Shown: positions 11,625 through 25,431, counted from the stretch's first letter. The stretch: 39,894 bases of DNA from Conidiobolus incongruus B7586 (GCA_000697335.1 JNEM01010473.1:1-39894), one strand, 5' to 3'. Notes: generated by a model from the sequence alone, not told the origin. Translations and numbers: made by a program.

Positions 11625-14105
11625 TTAAAAAAGTTGTAAAATTTCCGACAAAATTTGTTCGGATTGTTGAACATAGTCCACGGGAGAGACAGATAGTACC
11701 GTGTACTTCATCCTTGATTGATCCTAAATAATACGATTAATATGGTTAATGATTGCATTTCATTATTAAATTACATTGTAGATTTCATTTCTAGCGGTAC
11801 ACCTAAAGATGAATTGTTTGTTGGATGCTTGAGATAAAATTTCTTTAACCTGTTCTGGATCTGATTCCTATTATATTAAAAATAAGTTATATGAAAGTTA
11901 ATTATAGGAATAATATAGTCTTACCCCTATGGTGTGGACTTGATCAGCTGATTTTTGTAAAAGTTCATTACCACTGGCATCAAAAATGGACACCCAAAGT
12001 TGACCAGTGTGATCAGCAATATTGGCTGATAAGGTGTATCTATATTTGGGATATCCGAAAGAACGGTTGCAAGTTTCACAGAACCATTGATCGTCTCTAG
12101 GGATTACTTTCTTGTTACAGTTATCGGAAGCGCAAGCTGGGTAGAACATAGTTGTGTTACGAATATGAAGAATGGAAGCACAAACAGTGAAGAAGAGAGG
12201 CTAATATATTGTTAAAAAAGATTAATAAAAGTTAGCTAAATTAAAATTTACCTTATCATTTTGCTCCAATTGTTGGTCTTTAATATGAGCAATTTCATCA
12301 AGCTTTGATCTGGCATTATTGGAAGGGGTATTCTGAGAGTATGAATCAAAGTTTTCTTTATGACCTTGAGCATCAAACCTAAATAATAATTAAATATAAA
12401 AGTAAAAATATATAGTCAAAGATCAAAATTACCATCCTCTTAAAGCATAAGATTCTTCAATTTCCGGATTTAATTCAATTGTGGAAGTACTGGAAGCTGA
12501 TAAGTTCTTTCCTTGGAATTCACTCACTCGGACACCTTTACACGCTATAATTGGCTGACCTTCAATATTGAGATTATCAGCGTGACCAGCCCATAAGGTC
12601 AATCTGATGCTTCTTTTACTGTCATCAACCAATATGATATCACGTTTAGAAACCTATAGTATTGTAAAATGAATACAATAAACTATTTGGTTTGATAAAA
12701 TTAAACTTACTGATTGTTGAGAATTCTTTGTCATGACAGAGGTTTTATCAAAAGCTGTCTTGACAATACCAATGACATCTAAATAGTTGTTTAGTAGGAA
12801 AAAATAAAAATAAGTCAATTATAAAACATACCAACAAATGATTGGTTTTCAATGTGGTCAATTTCAGATAATTTTTTGAAGTTATAAGAGTTTTTAGGAA
12901 TATTAGAAATTTCGGTATTGGTCTAATAATAAGGTTAGTATGGATGAGATAATAATAATAGTATTATTATGCTTACAGGAATGATACTGGTAGTGGCGTT
13001 AAGCATCAATTCATAATTGTGATCCAAACCTGAAAATTCTTTACGAGCGGTGTTTACTTTAGCTTGAGAGATATAGTACACCTATTATTAATGTTAGTAG
13101 CAAAATCATAAAAACAATTAAGTGATATAATACCTTATTCATTTCGATCATATCGAAGAATTGATCGACTTGATCATTAAAGCAAGTGGCTCTAATTTCA
13201 CCCTAAATGACATAAATCAATACAATAATTATAAAAAATGAATATAAACTTACAGATTGATCGATAATGTTGAAATTGAAGAGTTTACCTTCACCCTTAG
13301 CATTGGTATATCTTTTAATATCGGATTTTTGAGACACCCTTCCCAAAATTGTCCAGTTGGTTTGATAGGGATTGATACTGGCGATAGGAACAGTGATGGG
13401 AGCATTAGGATTGGATTGAAAGTTAGGTTGAGGAGGAGGTCTAAAATTTCGTTTAGTAATATAATGTATATTTAGAATATTTGACTTACGGTTGATTGTG
13501 AAGTTGTTGGAATTGTTGATTACCGGAAGTAGTAAAGTTATTATTAGAAGGAGCAGAGAATTGGTTATTGTTGAAGCTAGTTGGCTGAGGATTATCAACG
13601 ATAGGAGGAGATGCAACAGCTTGAGGTGCATTGGGATCGACTACTGAGAAATCGTGTAAAATAATAAAACTAAATAGATTCGTTAGATATAATATATCCA
13701 ATATAGAATTTGAAATGCTTACGGAGTGGAATCTTTTTGACTAACACCAATTTGTGTGATTTGAAGAATAGAATCAGCAGGTACTTTGTTCTCTTCAAAA
13801 AGACTATGGAATTTGGGAATTACTAAACCTATAAGTAGAAGTTAATTAATAAAAATATCGTATACAATATGAAAAGAAATCACCTTGAACGGATTGTGAA
13901 CCATCAGAAAGAATAACTCTAATTTTGGATTTAGCAATTAAAATAAATTTATAAATTTTTCTGCTTACCTATATCTAACAGTGCCATTAGTTTGGTTTTC
14001 AACTCGTTTAGAACCCAAAAGCTTTAATATTAAAGGAGGGTCGTGTCTCTGAGCTCCAACCCCAATTTGTTTAATTTTTTCAACTCCGTTAGCTGTTAAT
14101 TGCAT
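11625..14105 (-). CDS. RFA1: Replication protein A 70 kDa subunit; about 14 exons separated by ~13 short introns
   Basis: Start MQLTANGVEKI; PIASINPYQTNWTILGRVSQKSDIKRYTNAKGEGKLF (DBD-A); DDSKRSIRLTLW...KGVRVSEFQGKNLS (DBD-B); Zn ribbon YPACASDNCNKKV...WFCETC; ends LSEILQLF* (TAA 11625-11627). Confidence 0.95.
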
Positions 14106-14576
14106 ATTTGTTAATGTTCTTTAGATTTGAAAAGAGTAAAAGAGATTGAATAGCGAGTGTGTATTTATAATCAAATTAGTACACGTTTAAATAGTTAATC
14201 CAATAATATTTTAACAATTATTTTAAGCGTGCTTGATTTGTAATGGATTTCTAAAATTGAATGTCTAATTATCTTTTGAATTTAGTTTGAATTATTTATG
14301 GGTTATTGAAATTATTAATTTTGATGTCATTATTTTAAGAAAAAATGATAATATGAGATTATGGTAGTCTATAATACAAGTTCAAGTCTATTAATCAAAT
14401 AATTTATTTCACAAAGTAAATTATATTTACTTTAAAAGTTTATTCTAATATCATATAATATTATTTATCTTTACAACTAACACCTCAAATATTTCTATAA
14501 AACTTTTTAAATATCGAATTTATAATTTATTTTTAATTTATCAATTTGACTGGATGATACCAAAGGAATGGAAAAT

Positions 14577-14678
14577 GATTGGATTAACATACTACATTTT
14601 GATTGGTTAATATTTTAATAGTGTTCATGACGCGTTGAGGAAAATAGACTTGATTGGACAATTTAAACATTACCAATC
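14577..14678. promoter_or_regulatory. Putative RFA1 upstream module: MCB-like ACGCGT (14630-14635) amid four CCAATC/GATTGG boxes
   Basis: GATTGG at 14577, 14601 and 14652, CCAATC at 14673, ACGCGT at 14630; about 470-570 bp upstream of the RFA1 ATG. Confidence 0.5.
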
Positions 14679-15366
14679 TTCATTTTCATTCCATTATTTG
14701 AATTATATTTAAATTTTATGACAATTTTTTATAAGCAATATACCATATAAATCTAAATTAAATTAATTAATTAATAATAACAAGGAAAATAATGTAAATA
14801 CAAATTATATTCTTCAATATTCATTTTATAGTGTATTTACATTCTATGGTATATCCTTAAATATTTGAAAAATATGAATATTATGATCACAATCTTTAGT
14901 TATATATTGTAAAAATTTATTTTACTTAAAATATTTATTTAAATTTTTAAAATATATAAATTTAGAACAAAATCCAACTAGATTTTCAAATTATATATAA
15001 CATGATAATTTTAAAAACAAAATTGAACAATAATAAGAACATTGTTTACATTATGAATAATACCAAATTTAATTCATATTATAACATAAAATATACTTTA
15101 TTGAAAAAATTTTGTATTATTTAATTTGTTCAATCTATCAATTTGTTTAAAATTTAAACCATTAATTTTTTCAAGTTTTTTGTTGAAAATTGTTATTTAA
15201 TAATAGAATTTATTTCATTATATTTAACAATAATAGACATTCAAATATAAATACAAAAAAAATTAATATATTTTTTATAAATATCGACAATATTTAAGTA
15301 TTAATTGATTGGTTATTATTAAAATGATTTTAATGTTAGTTCGATATATGTTATAGCTGAAAATAT

Positions 15367-18300
15367 TTAAGATACTGTTATATTTTGACCATTTCTAAAA
15401 TGGTTAGAATCTTCATCAGAGTCAGAACCTAGAGAGAATCGGGATGAATGAATTAATTCGATCTCGTCTTCTTGTTTGGGGGATTTTGTCCAGGTGTTGC
15501 CGACGGATAATTTGCGCGACGTCGTAGTGGTTGAATTAAATGCGGTAGGAGTTGTGACGGTGATTTGGATTTGGGATTCGGGGTCTTGAATGTTAGCGTA
15601 GCCGGCGGTGGAAGGTCTGCCACAAAGCTTGGATGAGAGTTTTTGGACGAAGGAAACGTAGGCATTGTAAGGGACGAGAAGGACGGGAGGGAGATTTTCT
15701 TCATTGTAGGGTTGGTAGTAGAAGGAATTCGTTTCTAGGGAGAAGTAGGGACGTCTGTAAAGTTTGAGAGCTAAACTAGATGTGACAACACTAAGACCAG
15801 AGAGACCCATGGCAGCGGCGGCAACGATGGGATGCATAGTGAATCCAATCCATGAGAAGAGACCCATGGCAAGAGGGATGGCAATAAAGTTGTAAATACT
15901 GGCAAGTAAGAAGTTCAAGCGGATTCTGTTGAAAATTCTCTTAGAAAGATGGATAGCAACAGCAACATCCATTAAATCAGTCTTCATTAGTACAACACTG
16001 GCAGCTTCAATAGCAATGTCTGTACCACCTCCCATAGAAATACCAACGGTAGATTTGGCAAGTGCAGGAGAGTCATTGATACCGTCACCAATGAAGCAGA
16101 CAGAGTGACCATCACGTTGCATTCTTTCAACAGTCTTAGATTTGCCTTGAGGAGATACACCAGCATATACTTCTTCAATCTCACATTGTTTGGCAATTGC
16201 TTCAGCAGTAAGCTGTTGATCACCAGTGACCATTGCGACAGAGAGACCCATCTTCTTGAGAGCACGAACAGTCATCAAAGATTCAGGACGCAAAGTATCG
16301 GATAAGGCAACAAAACCAGCGAAGAAATCGTCAATGGCAACCATAACGACAGTGTTGCCTTCGCTTTCATATTGTTCTTTAATTTGGGTGAAAGAGTCTG
16401 GGAGAGTAATATTATTTTCCTGCAAGAATTTACCATTACCAATACGAATGTTCATAGACTGGGAAGTAGGTTCACAAGTGACTTTACAGTGGATACCACG
16501 ACCAGCAGTAGCTAGAAATTCATTAATTTTAACGGAATCAACATCCAATTTAAGATTTTCTTTAGCGTGAACGACAATTGCACGACCTAAGGGATGTTCA
16601 CTGCTGGATTCGGCAGCTGCGATGATTTTAGTGAAGTTGTCCTGGGTAAGTTGGTATCTGGAGCGGATTGCGAAGTCTACCATCATTCGAATTTCAGTGA
16701 CTTGGAGTTTACCGAGAGTGAGAGTACCGGTTTTGTCGAATAAGACCTTGGTTAGGGATTTGGCAGCTTCTAGAGGAACACCTCCTTTAATCAAAATACC
16801 CAATTGGGCACCAACGCCAGTACCAGTCATGACGGCAGTAGGAGTAGCAAGGCCAAGAGCACAGGGACAAGAGATGACAACAGTGGATATAGCAAAAGTA
16901 AGTGCTGTCAAGAAAGTACCACGATGCTTTAGCATAACAACTTCAGGGACATGTTCGGGGAAGAAAACACCCAAAATGACCCAAAGTGTAAAAGTAATCA
17001 AAGCAAGAGCAACGACGACAGGGACGAAATACTTGGCAACAAGATGAGCATAGTATTGAATGGGAGCTTTACTAGTTTGAGCGTCTTCGACCAATTTCAC
17101 AATTTTTGAAAGTGTGGCTTCTTCTCCAACTTTGTCGGCTTCAATGATCAACATTCCCATGCCGTTAACTGTACCACCGATTACGTGGTCACCAACCTTC
17201 TTATTGACGGGAATAGGTTCACCAGTGACCATGGATTCATCAATGGTACTGGCACCTTCAGTTACAATACCATCAACGGGGATCTTTTCACCTGGGAATA
17301 CTTTGATAAGATCACCGATTTGAACCAATTCAGAGGGGATCTTTTCTTCAACTTGGGTTCCATCTTTTCCTTTGGTAACAAGTACACAAGACGAGGGAGT
17401 GAGCGAAATAAGCTGAGACAATGCTGAAGAAGTCTTGCCCTTAGCCTTATTTTCCAAATATCTTCCAAGTGTAATAAACGTAATTAAAGTGGCTGAAGTT
17501 TCAAAGAAGCACTCAGGATGAGTTGCATCGCCGAGGATCATTGCCCAGAGCATAGTGAAAATGGAGAAAAAGAAGGCAGCACTGGTACCTATGGCAACTA
17601 ACACATCCATATTGGCACTGCGGTGGGATATTGCTTTGTAAGAGTTGGTGTAGAACTGCCAGCCAACGCCAAATTGAATGGGAATTGTCAAAATACATTG
17701 AATCCAAGTGTCGATTGGGATTTTGAGGATTTTATACGCCAAAACATCACTCGTGAAAGGTAAATGAACCAATACTTTAGAAATGATGACAACTGGAATA
17801 CAGAAAATGAGGGAAAGTTTCAACTGTCTCTTCCACTGCAAAATTTCTCGCGTTTTGCTGAGGGATTCGATTTGTGAGGTAGCAGACTTTTGTTCCAATA
17901 GGCCATCAATGCCGAATTCCTTCAGCGTGGCAATAATTTGACGCGGGCCTATTTCTCCAGGACTAATTTCCACAATGAGAATTTGTCCGGTGGGGTCGAT
18001 TTCGGCACTCTGCACTCCTTTGAGAGATCCTACTTCAGTCTCGACTTTGAGTGCGATTTGGCCATCAGTCAGCCCGTAGAGATTGAACGTCAAAGTGTTT
18101 TTGGAGCTGGGCTTCTGTACTTCGCTGGGATATCCTAATCCGGTAATGATATCTGCTAATTGTTGAGCTGAGATAATGTTTGGATAGTGCTTGACGGTGG
18201 CTCTTTCGGACATTAGCGAAACTACGATGGATTCAATCCCTTGACGATCCTTTAATTCACTCTCAACTAACCCGGTACATGAACTACATGTCATACCATG

Positions 18301-19533
18301 CACACTGATATGGGTGGTAATTAATTCACCTGATTCGAAATTATCCACAGTGATAGTCAAATCAGAATTGGTTTGATGATTTGGTTTAGCAATAGATACG
18401 GATCTCTTTCTAGGAGCTTCAGACTTTTTCGTGATGGAAGGTTCATTAAAAATGACTTTAACATCGAAACCACAATCTTCGACCATAGTCGAGAGTTCAT
18501 TGGCTGAGATAGATTGACTGTTGTACACAAAGGTGGCACGATCTTCCGCAAGCGACACATCCAATGAAATGATGCCACTAAGTTTTTTGCTAGCTGCTTG
18601 AATTGCTTTGACACAAGATTGGCATGTCATTCCTTCAACCGAAAGAACTAGCTTGTAGTTGGAAGCGACATTGGGTACATTGGAAATAATAGAGACATCA
18701 AATCCACAATCTTCAATAGCAGTAGCGATCGTTTCGGCAGAAATTTGACTAGGATTAAAAATGACACTAGCTTGGTTTTCGACTAGAGAAACGTTAATAT
18801 CTAAAATTCCAGTCTGTTTCTTCAAAGCGCTTTGGATGGATTTGACACAAGATTGGCATGTCATACCATCTACTGACAATATTACAATATTAGAATCTTC
18901 TTGAATTACGTCAAATCCAGCATTTTCAATGGTTTCAACCACTACAGATTTAGTGAGGGGAGGTAGAATTACAGCACTTGCACGATTTTCCTCCAAGCTA
19001 ACACTGCAGTCAAAAAGCCCGTCGAGAGGTTTTAGAGCGTTTTGAATAGAACGTACACAGGATTTACAGGTCATGCCCTCTACATTAAGTTGGACTAATT
19101 CCGCAGTATTATTTAGTTGGACAGGAATGGGTTGGAGTTCCAGCTCCTCTAAAGCCTGCTTCAAATCACTACTCGTCAGCTGTAAACTATTCCAAATATT
19201 CAAGTATCTACTCTCTTCATCGAACTCCACACTATACACAATTTCTTTTTTATATTTCTCTTGAATTTTATCAAGATCAACTTGTATAAGTTCTGGAATT
19301 TTAAATTGACTAAGGTAATAAACGTCGAACCCGCAATCTTCAATACTCGTAATAACTTCCTTTTCGAAATTGATAATATCTTTTGGATATGCAACTTTAG
19401 CAGTTTCTGATTCTAAATCAACTGAATAAGATACCAAGTTATCAAATTTGGCTAAACTTTTTTGAATAGCCTTGACACAGGATTGACAAGTCATGCCTAT
19501 CACCTTAAATCTATGATAGGTTACTTGGGTCAT
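15367..19533 (-). CDS. CCC2: Cu(I)-transporting P1B-type ATPase (Ccc2/ATP7 family), intronless, 1388 aa
   Basis: Five GMTCxxC HMA domains plus degenerate ones; [27 protein letters not shown], and YN / MxxS in the last TM helices. Confidence 0.96.
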   Translation of the reverse strand: MTQVTYHRFKVIGMTCQSCVKAIQKSLAKFDNLVSYSVDLESETAKVAYPKDIINFEKEVITSIEDCGFDVYYLSQFKIPELIQVDLDKIQEKYKKEIVYSVEFDEESRYLNIWNSLQLTSSDLKQALEELELQPIPVQLNNTAELVQLNVEGMTCKSCVRSIQNALKPLDGLFDCSVSLEENRASAVILPPLTKSVVVETIENAGFDVIQEDSNIVILSVDGMTCQSCVKSIQSALKKQTGILDINVSLVENQASVIFNPSQISAETIATAIEDCGFDVSIISNVPNVASNYKLVLSVEGMTCQSCVKAIQAASKKLSGIISLDVSLAEDRATFVYNSQSISANELSTMVEDCGFDVKVIFNEPSITKKSEAPRKRSVSIAKPNHQTNSDLTITVDNFESGELITTHISVHGMTCSSCTGLVESELKDRQGIESIVVSLMSERATVKHYPNIISAQQLADIITGLGYPSEVQKPSSKNTLTFNLYGLTDGQIALKVETEVGSLKGVQSAEIDPTGQILIVEISPGEIGPRQIIATLKEFGIDGLLEQKSATSQIESLSKTREILQWKRQLKLSLIFCIPVVIISKVLVHLPFTSDVLAYKILKIPIDTWIQCILTIPIQFGVGWQFYTNSYKAISHRSANMDVLVAIGTSAAFFFSIFTMLWAMILGDATHPECFFETSATLITFITLGRYLENKAKGKTSSALSQLISLTPSSCVLVTKGKDGTQVEEKIPSELVQIGDLIKVFPGEKIPVDGIVTEGASTIDESMVTGEPIPVNKKVGDHVIGGTVNGMGMLIIEADKVGEEATLSKIVKLVEDAQTSKAPIQYYAHLVAKYFVPVVVALALITFTLWVILGVFFPEHVPEVVMLKHRGTFLTALTFAISTVVISCPCALGLATPTAVMTGTGVGAQLGILIKGGVPLEAAKSLTKVLFDKTGTLTLGKLQVTEIRMMVDFAIRSRYQLTQDNFTKIIAAAESSSEHPLGRAIVVHAKENLKLDVDSVKINEFLATAGRGIHCKVTCEPTSQSMNIRIGNGKFLQENNITLPDSFTQIKEQYESEGNTVVMVAIDDFFAGFVALSDTLRPESLMTVRALKKMGLSVAMVTGDQQLTAEAIAKQCEIEEVYAGVSPQGKSKTVERMQRDGHSVCFIGDGINDSPALAKSTVGISMGGGTDIAIEAASVVLMKTDLMDVAVAIHLSKRIFNRIRLNFLLASIYNFIAIPLAMGLFSWIGFTMHPIVAAAAMGLSGLSVVTSSLALKLYRRPYFSLETNSFYYQPYNEENLPPVLLVPYNAYVSFVQKLSSKLCGRPSTAGYANIQDPESQIQITVTTPTAFNSTTTTSRKLSVGNTWTKSPKQEDEIELIHSSRFSLGSDSDEDSNHFRNGQNITVS

Positions 19534-21898
19534 CTTAATAATATTATATTAAATAATAAAAATGATAGAAGTGATTATTAATAAAAGATATTTTCATTGA
19601 AAAATAGAAATTAGGCGGAGATGACCCTATATTTATCTTAAAATATTTTTAATTATTTTATCCATTATCTCAGCAATTTAAAATATGGAATTTGTGTAAG
19701 GGGAGGATTTGGAAATTTGGCACCATTTTAATAATGAATAAATGTGAATAATTTGAAATTTGACAATTTTAGAAGTTCTAAAGAATGTTAAAGAAAATCA
19801 TAGTGATCAATAGAAATAATTAGATTGATTATAGGAACGTGTTAACAATATAATAATCTAAATATTATAGTATTTAGATAATTCTTTCAATTGATCACCT
19901 TGGAATTATGTCCATTAATAACATGATCCTTATCGGTATTATAAATAGATTTCAATTAGCAAAAATTTTCGATTAACATGCCTTTAATTGTTTTGATATT
20001 TAATTCTAATAATATTCCCCACATGCTACCATTACTTTATGAAGGATTTCTAATCAGGACGTTTAATATATACATATGTATAATAAACTTTAATAATATT
20101 AATTGATAGTTGTTTATTTACACACAATGAACACCATTTCGCCACAAACCCACATTACTTATCCCTAGTACATGCCCTTAAAATTAAAACTGAAACTCAT
20201 CACAAGTACCTAAAATTGGGAAAAAGCAATATATGCATAATTTTTTGGATTAATTATATTATCCCGGCTCATCAGCACACTGAGTTAACACAATCAAAAT
20301 CAAATATTTTGCGTTTAATTGATTCAGCTATTACATTTAAAAAAATAATATTAAAAAATTAATATAAAATAAATTGATTTTGATATAAATGTTTAATTAA
20401 TGATAGATCATTTATCATTGAAATCAGGTTAATTTAAATTGATTTGTTAACTGGATAAACCATTATTTATTGAAAAACAAAAAGATTGAATTTTTGCCAA
20501 AACGAATTATTAAAAATGAAAAAAAAATAAATTTGAATAACCAATAAATAAATATACTTATTATATGAAAAAAACTACAATTTTTAATATCAATTTCAGG
20601 CACATTGATTTCTATATTTTGGAAATAATTTTGATTACTATCATATTATACATTTTAATGTAATTCTCAATTACATTAATAACAAAATTTATCTAGATCT
20701 TATCACATTTTAATTATTATTTAGATTGGTTAAGAATGGTGATAATTACTACCTTATAATATTTGTTGCCCGCATGTGCTCTCGAAGAGCTACGGCAGTC
20801 ATTCTTCCTGTAGTGCTAGCTGGAATGGCTTGCAGAAACAAGCTAACGAAGAGGGGAGCATGCTCAATAATTACTCGGGCGATAGCACTAGTTTCTATGC
20901 GATCATAAGATTGAGTAGGATATGGAATAAGAAGATTCATGTGAAGTAGAGAGAAATCTTTTTATTAATGTCAAATAGTACCTGGCCTATTATAGGCATA
21001 CGGAGCAGCGGACATAATAGTGGCGAGAGAAAATTATTATTAGGATGACCACTTGCAGTATTATGCCAGTAATGGTTTCTAAGTTAGAGCATTATTCTGA
21101 AGGAATTGGAAAAATATATTGTTTCATTTCATGACAATATTAATACAAAAATTAAAATAATTATAAAAATTATATCATAGATATGTGATACAAATTCTAA
21201 CAGAAATATTATAAAATCATTGTATAGAATAACTTTATATATGAAATCAAAATAAAATTTCAAATAATATCAATATTTTTGATATCATATATAAAAATAA
21301 TTATATAGATTTTATGAAGTCGTTCGCAAATATAAATTTTAACAATAAATCATAATTCATTTTATTTATAGAATTTTTCATTTATAAATTGAGAATAACT
21401 TGACAAACTATGAGAATTCTAGTTGAATTAAGATATTTCAGCAATTGGATAGATAGCGTTTAAACTAATATAACCTTTCTAGAAGGAATTTTATATTAGA
21501 AAAAACACCAAAACTTTAAACACTTAAGGTTAGATGCAAACAGTGATCAAATCATGTGTATTTAATATATCAAAATATATTTTAAATGTACATAAAATTT
21601 AATAATAATTGCTGAAATGTTACACTTTAGTTAGCGTTGAAACCTGTAAATTTAACTATAAAATAACAATGAATCTAGTTAATGTTCATTTTTATTACAT
21701 TTATTGATAAAATTATCTATTTTCATTTTTGTCATGTTTCCATTTTCAAATTTAAAATTAAAATAAATTTGTCCAAATTTATCAATCCCATAAATTTGAT
21801 AATTTCCAAGTGATTTATAATCGGTCAGTAATTGGGTCTGGGAGTTAATAGTTAAAAATAACTTAATAATATTCATTTTAGTAGTAAAATAATTCAAA

Positions 21899-22461
21899 AT
21901 GTCTATGGATCATAGTATGCATCACAATACGAATCACAATATGCCTGATGATTCTATGATGTGCTCCATGAATGTAACTGGTTTACAATATCGCATTATT
22001 TATATTAACATTTATACTAGATGATATTCAACTGGGACACCGAGAACCTGTGTATATTATTCAATTTTTGGCGTGTTAATACCAATTGGGAATTATTTAC
22101 CAGCTTAACTTTGATATTTTTATTGAGTTTAGGCTTTGAAAAATTTAAGCAGTTTTTGAGAATGTATGAATTGAGATTGATTAAATCAAATAGTGCTAAT
22201 TTGAATGATAGTCAAATATTGAATATCAAGTAAATTTTCATTTTAATAGTTATAAAGATAAATTAATTATTTTTTAGTAATAATGATAAATTAATGCGAA
22301 CTCTATTATACTGTGCGAATATTACTTACTCATTCATAATTATGCTCATTTTCATGAGTTTTAACGGATATTTGATGCTCAGTGTGGTTTTAGGAGCTGG
22401 AGTAGGCTATTATCTATTCAACAGCGATGTAATCGATAGTAAAACCATGGCATGTCACTAG
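21899..22461 (+). CDS. CTR2: Ctr-family copper transporter, Ctr2/vacuolar type; 3 exons (21899-21973, 22021-22229, 22278-22461)
   Basis: Met/His-rich start MSMDHSMHHNTNHNM...MMCSMN|MIFNWDTENLCILF; TM2 MLIFM (MxxxM) followed by GAGVG (GxxxG); C-terminal MACH*. GT-AG introns keep frame. Confidence 0.92.
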
Positions 22462-22665
22462 TATTAATAAATCTATAATAATCAATTAAATAGTATTTTT
22501 ATTTACAATTCATTTGAAATTATTAATTATGCTAATTGTCAATAAGGGTTCAATGCCCTTCGTCAAGTGTCTATAAATGGCAATTGAAGTATTATAGCTA
22601 ATACTGGTTAAATATTGTCTTCTTCCCTAAAAACTCCCCTCGAGAATTAATAGTCACAGCGAGTG

Positions 22666-22989
22666 TCAACAAGTTGAAGTATTGAGAATTTTAAACTTGT
22701 TAAAATTCAATATACCAAAGACTAGCTGGTTGGAAATGAGGTAAATGGTCCAATTCTTAAGTCTATTCAAAATAATTTCCATTATGAGAGACCCTGTCCA
22801 ACATAAGAAATAACAGAGAGAAATTAAAATTAAAACAAATATATATAGATATTTCAGTATATTAGACATTAGGTCCTTGAGCAATACCAAAGTATGTAAA
22901 AGACGCGAAGTGGTGAAAGAATACTTATGATAGGTATTAGTTTTAGTAATAGGTTGAGGGTAAAATTGCTTCATCCAAAGTTTACTCAT
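22666..22989 (-). other. Hypothetical 107-aa ORF with a hydrophobic stretch; may be non-coding or a gene remnant
   Basis: ORF in slightly GC-elevated DNA convergent on CTR2; no recognisable motif. Confidence 0.2.
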
Positions 22990-25261
22990 TATTATTCTTT
23001 GATATTTAATAAAATATAATATTATAAATATTTTTAAAAGAGATATATTTTTAAAATTTAATACTCTTTAGAGTATATATACTTAATTTGACCTGAACGA
23101 AAAACTATAGAGAATCCAAATTAAAAATCGCACAATTCTAGGATGGAACACCGATGACCAATCAATCTAAATTATTTTGAAATTAGCTCATCATTAATAA
23201 ATTTCCTTTTTTTGATATGACATTCAATATTTCAATTGTTAAATTTGTGTTAATAAGGATTATATTGTGAGATTTCTATTTATAATGAGAAATAAACTTG
23301 AGTATTCTTTGATTTTTAATAATATATCTAAATTTAAAAGATATTAAGTGGTTTCTATTTGAGTTTCGTCATATTTGTAACGATTTAAATAGCGCTATTT
23401 AAAATCTGGTTTCTTTTTTTAAATTTTAATAAAAATAGACATGTATTTGCATTATTAAGAATTTATCCTTGACCGAATTCCGAATTCTTCCTAGATTAAA
23501 TTACATCTTTACAGCTCTTATTCTAAAACAATTTTTAACTATCGATCTATAGAAAATTTCAGGTACTGTTATTTAAGTAACCGATAAAGTAAGAACTAGG
23601 AGTAAATATTGCTAAAAATTTCGAAATTACATTTTCATATTCTTAATGGCTTTGTGTGATTTTTATAAAATTATGTTTTTTACCCCGTCATTTACATTAA
23701 AATTTCATGTTTTGTTGAATTAAAAACTTCGTTGTTGCAAATATATTGACAGAGCTGTGGGTTTATATCATTTATAAATATTAATCACTTGGTGAGTCTT
23801 ATAATGAATTATCGAATTAATTACAAACCAAACTACTGTTAAAAATCTTGAGGTATATGATAAATTATAAAATTAATGTATATAATATTACTTATATGAA
23901 CATATAAATTAATAGTAGGGTTAATTTATTAAGTAATATATTCCAAAAAATAATATTATTATAAAAATCTAATATTATATAAATTACATCTCTTAATATA
24001 TGCCAATAATGATTTGTTTAATTTTTCAACATTCTAAATGCTGATTGTTTGAAAATATTGAACAGGATTATCCTGTATACATATAATAAATTTAATTCTT
24101 TATATTTCTTGTTAATATATTTTTAAAAACCATATAAAAATAACTATGGAAGCATTTAGTAATATAGTTGAATTTATATGAAATGAAATCAATTTTATCA
24201 AATTTCCTTTCAATATTTAGTCTTTAGTTGTTCCTAGATTTGAAAGATTATATTAGATATAGATATAATATAAAGAGAGTATTTAGTTATCTGCAATATT
24301 TTGAATATCATTAACATCCAGTAATTTTATTTAATAAATTGTTAAACTAGTATTTTCATTAACTTCCATAAACTGAAAATTAAAAGTGACTGACAAATGT
24401 GATCATCTTTACTAAAATTCTATATTGGGCTATGATTATTCAGCATGACAAAAATATATGCCTAATAAAATATTGTAATCGAATCTGAGTTCAAAATTGA
24501 GATTAGATGTTGATTATAAAATGATAAGATCAGGTAAATGAAATTTAAACAATATTTTGAGTATATTTTTAAAAGTATTCATACCTGTCTTTATAAATAC
24601 TATAATTAATTGTCATTTTATAAATTTTAACATATATAACTTATAAAAAGAGAATTCAAATTATTTTAACATTAAAAATTAAAAGAATATTGTATTAAAA
24701 TTACAAAAGATTAAATATATTCAGATCATAAATCATAAAGGGTTAAAAATGATAATAAAAATAACTCTTTTTATTAAATTGAGTATAATTATTACTTTTC
24801 AAAACGTTCGATAAAGCAACAATAATAATTTAACAGAAAGTAAATGGTTTTTATGTCCAACTCAAACAACACAAATATGTTAAAAAATTTGAGTTGTTAA
24901 TGTATAATAACAACTTGATGAATAAAATATTGTAATATTAACACTATTTCAGTTAAATTTATACCAATATAGGTTAGCAATAAAAAAATAATATCAATAT
25001 TTAACATCAGTATATATCTATATAGGTTTAATATTATATTTTCAAAATCTAAATATCAACAAATTATATATTATTCTCAAATCATATTTAATAGATTAAC
25101 ACTTATAGTTAACGAACAATATAAAATACCAAAAATAATAAATCTTTATAAATGGATGTTTTAATGACGATTAATCAAGTTTTTGAGTAATTTATTAAAC
25201 TTTGGAAAGCGTTATATGTATTTTATATAGGTAACTTGAATATAAAAAGAAGATAATATGA

Positions 25262-25344
25262 TGACAAGAGTGAGGTTCGAACTCACGCCTACAATGTAGA
25301 CTGCGACCTGAACGCAGCGCCTTAGACCACTCGGCCATCTTGCC
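25262..25344 (-). tRNA. tRNA-Leu(CAG), intronless
   Basis: GGCAAGATGGCCGAGTGGTCTAAGGCGCTGCGTTCAGGTCGCAGTCTACATTGTAGGCGTGAGTTCGAACCTCACTCTTGTCA: full cloverleaf, anticodon arm CTGCG-TTCAGGT-CGCAG, long variable arm, A73, T5 run downstream (25244-25248). Confidence 0.96.
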
Positions 25345-25431
25345 ATTACTAATCATATTTAACAATATCCTTTATTTTTCAAAATATTTTATTATTATAA
25401 TTATAACGTTGAATATTTTCCCATTTATAAT

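Noticed and set aside
14851..14860. ATATCCTT resembling a U12 AT-AC donor
   Set aside because: Intergenic, with no flanking exon. All introns I could place look like ordinary U2 GT-AG introns.
15453..19394. Many short overlapping or antisense ORFs inside the Cu-ATPase
   Set aside because: Shadow ORFs of a long GC-richer CDS with no motifs. The same applies to overlaps within RFA1, RBG1, the 28.7-29.3 kb gene and the MFS gene.
21679..21897. Short AT-rich ORFs (also 25340-25522, 30103-30285, 31729-31959, 39077-39292)
   Set aside because: I/N/K/F/L/Y-rich translations of promoter, antisense or intergenic DNA with no family signal.
25262..25344. CUG codon reassignment via tRNA(CAG)
   Set aside because: The tRNA has ordinary Leu identity (A73, U33, Leu-type D arm and variable arm), so nothing supports an alternative code.
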